DNA of 64,000 bases from Chiloscyllium plagiosum (Eukaryota): NCBI RefSeq assembly GCF_004010195.1, contig NC_057718.1:9806872-9870871 (forward strand). Direction: 5' to 3'. The notes beneath the pieces were generated by a model. The model did no database searches. It was not told where the DNA came from and was given only the letters and a program-made list of their open reading frames with translations. The translations under genes and the position numbers were made by a program. Shown here piece after piece: positions 63,361 to 64,000 of the stretch (position 1 is the stretch's first letter; each line of letters starts with the position of its first letter).

Positions 63361-64000
63361 CAAGGCTGTATCTCCTTCCCTCCAAATTGTTTCCATAACG
63401 GCACTTTTTGTGATTGGATAAGGCCAGTTGCTGCCCTGTCGGTGACAACTATAGATGACCCCAGTCTGAACTCATTCTTCCCATGTGTACTTCGAACAGA
63501 GGTCACTCGATAATGCTCAGAAGTGGAAACCTTGCCTTTTTGTTCGTCCAAAACAAGTTGGCACTGTTGGAACATGGAGTCTTCCCAGTATCTGAGCTGT
63601 TGCACACCAAGCATGGTTGTCGGTTGTAGGTAAAATTGTAAGTAAGATGTGACAGTGCAATGTTAGGCTATTTAGCCCTTAATGTATGTGCTGGTGCTTC
63701 CACTCAGCCTAAAGTATTTGGAATCGATTTATTTGGGTCTGTTGCGATACATTCCCATAGCAGGTGTGACTGGAACTTGGATCTTTTGACTCAGAGGCAA
63801 GGCCTTAACACCATTTTTCTGCATCCTGCTTGATGTAAACACACTTCAAACAATCTTTGTTACTATCAATTAACACCTTGGCTTCAACAACCAACTTCTC
63901 ATCCAGAATTCCATATTTTAAATCACTGCAAGAATTTTCTTTCTCGTCAGCTCATCATATTTTTTGACTTAAATTTGTGCTCTCTTATTATCAACTTGTC

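Larger units (their letters stand above)
20928..64000 (+). other. Large first intron of the NHS-family gene (extends beyond window)
   Basis: GTAAGT donor at 20928. No exon encoding the expected VSNLD...WHQQ continuation was recognised downstream. Confidence 0.7.

Overview
Vertebrate genomic DNA, very likely a shark or other elasmobranch. This is inferred from HE1/V-type SINEs and HER1/CR1-type LINEs; the species cannot be determined from sequence alone. The window is mostly repeats and has four assembly gaps. The only host gene I recognise is the first coding exon of an NHS-family gene (WAVE-homology domain, most like NHSL1) at 20528-20927 (+). It is followed by a phase-1 intron that runs past the window end (>43 kb). 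The rest comprises CR1 LINE fragments, tRNA-derived SINEs, four solo LTRs with 4-bp TSDs, and many Penelope-like element (PLE) insertions. The most notable signal is RNA-structural. At least three distinct PLE-type families carry a minimal type-I hammerhead ribozyme (CUGANGA-N-stem II-GAAA-NN-UH), with about 10 intact cores. Many copies are tiny non-coding fold-back inserts with 8-17 bp TSDs, and their inversion or truncation points cluster at the ribozyme. Hammerheads in PLE pseudo-LTRs are established knowledge; the family diversity, breakpoint clustering and sense-strand intronic copies are what merit follow-up. Coordinates were counted by eye, and edges of old repeats are approximate.
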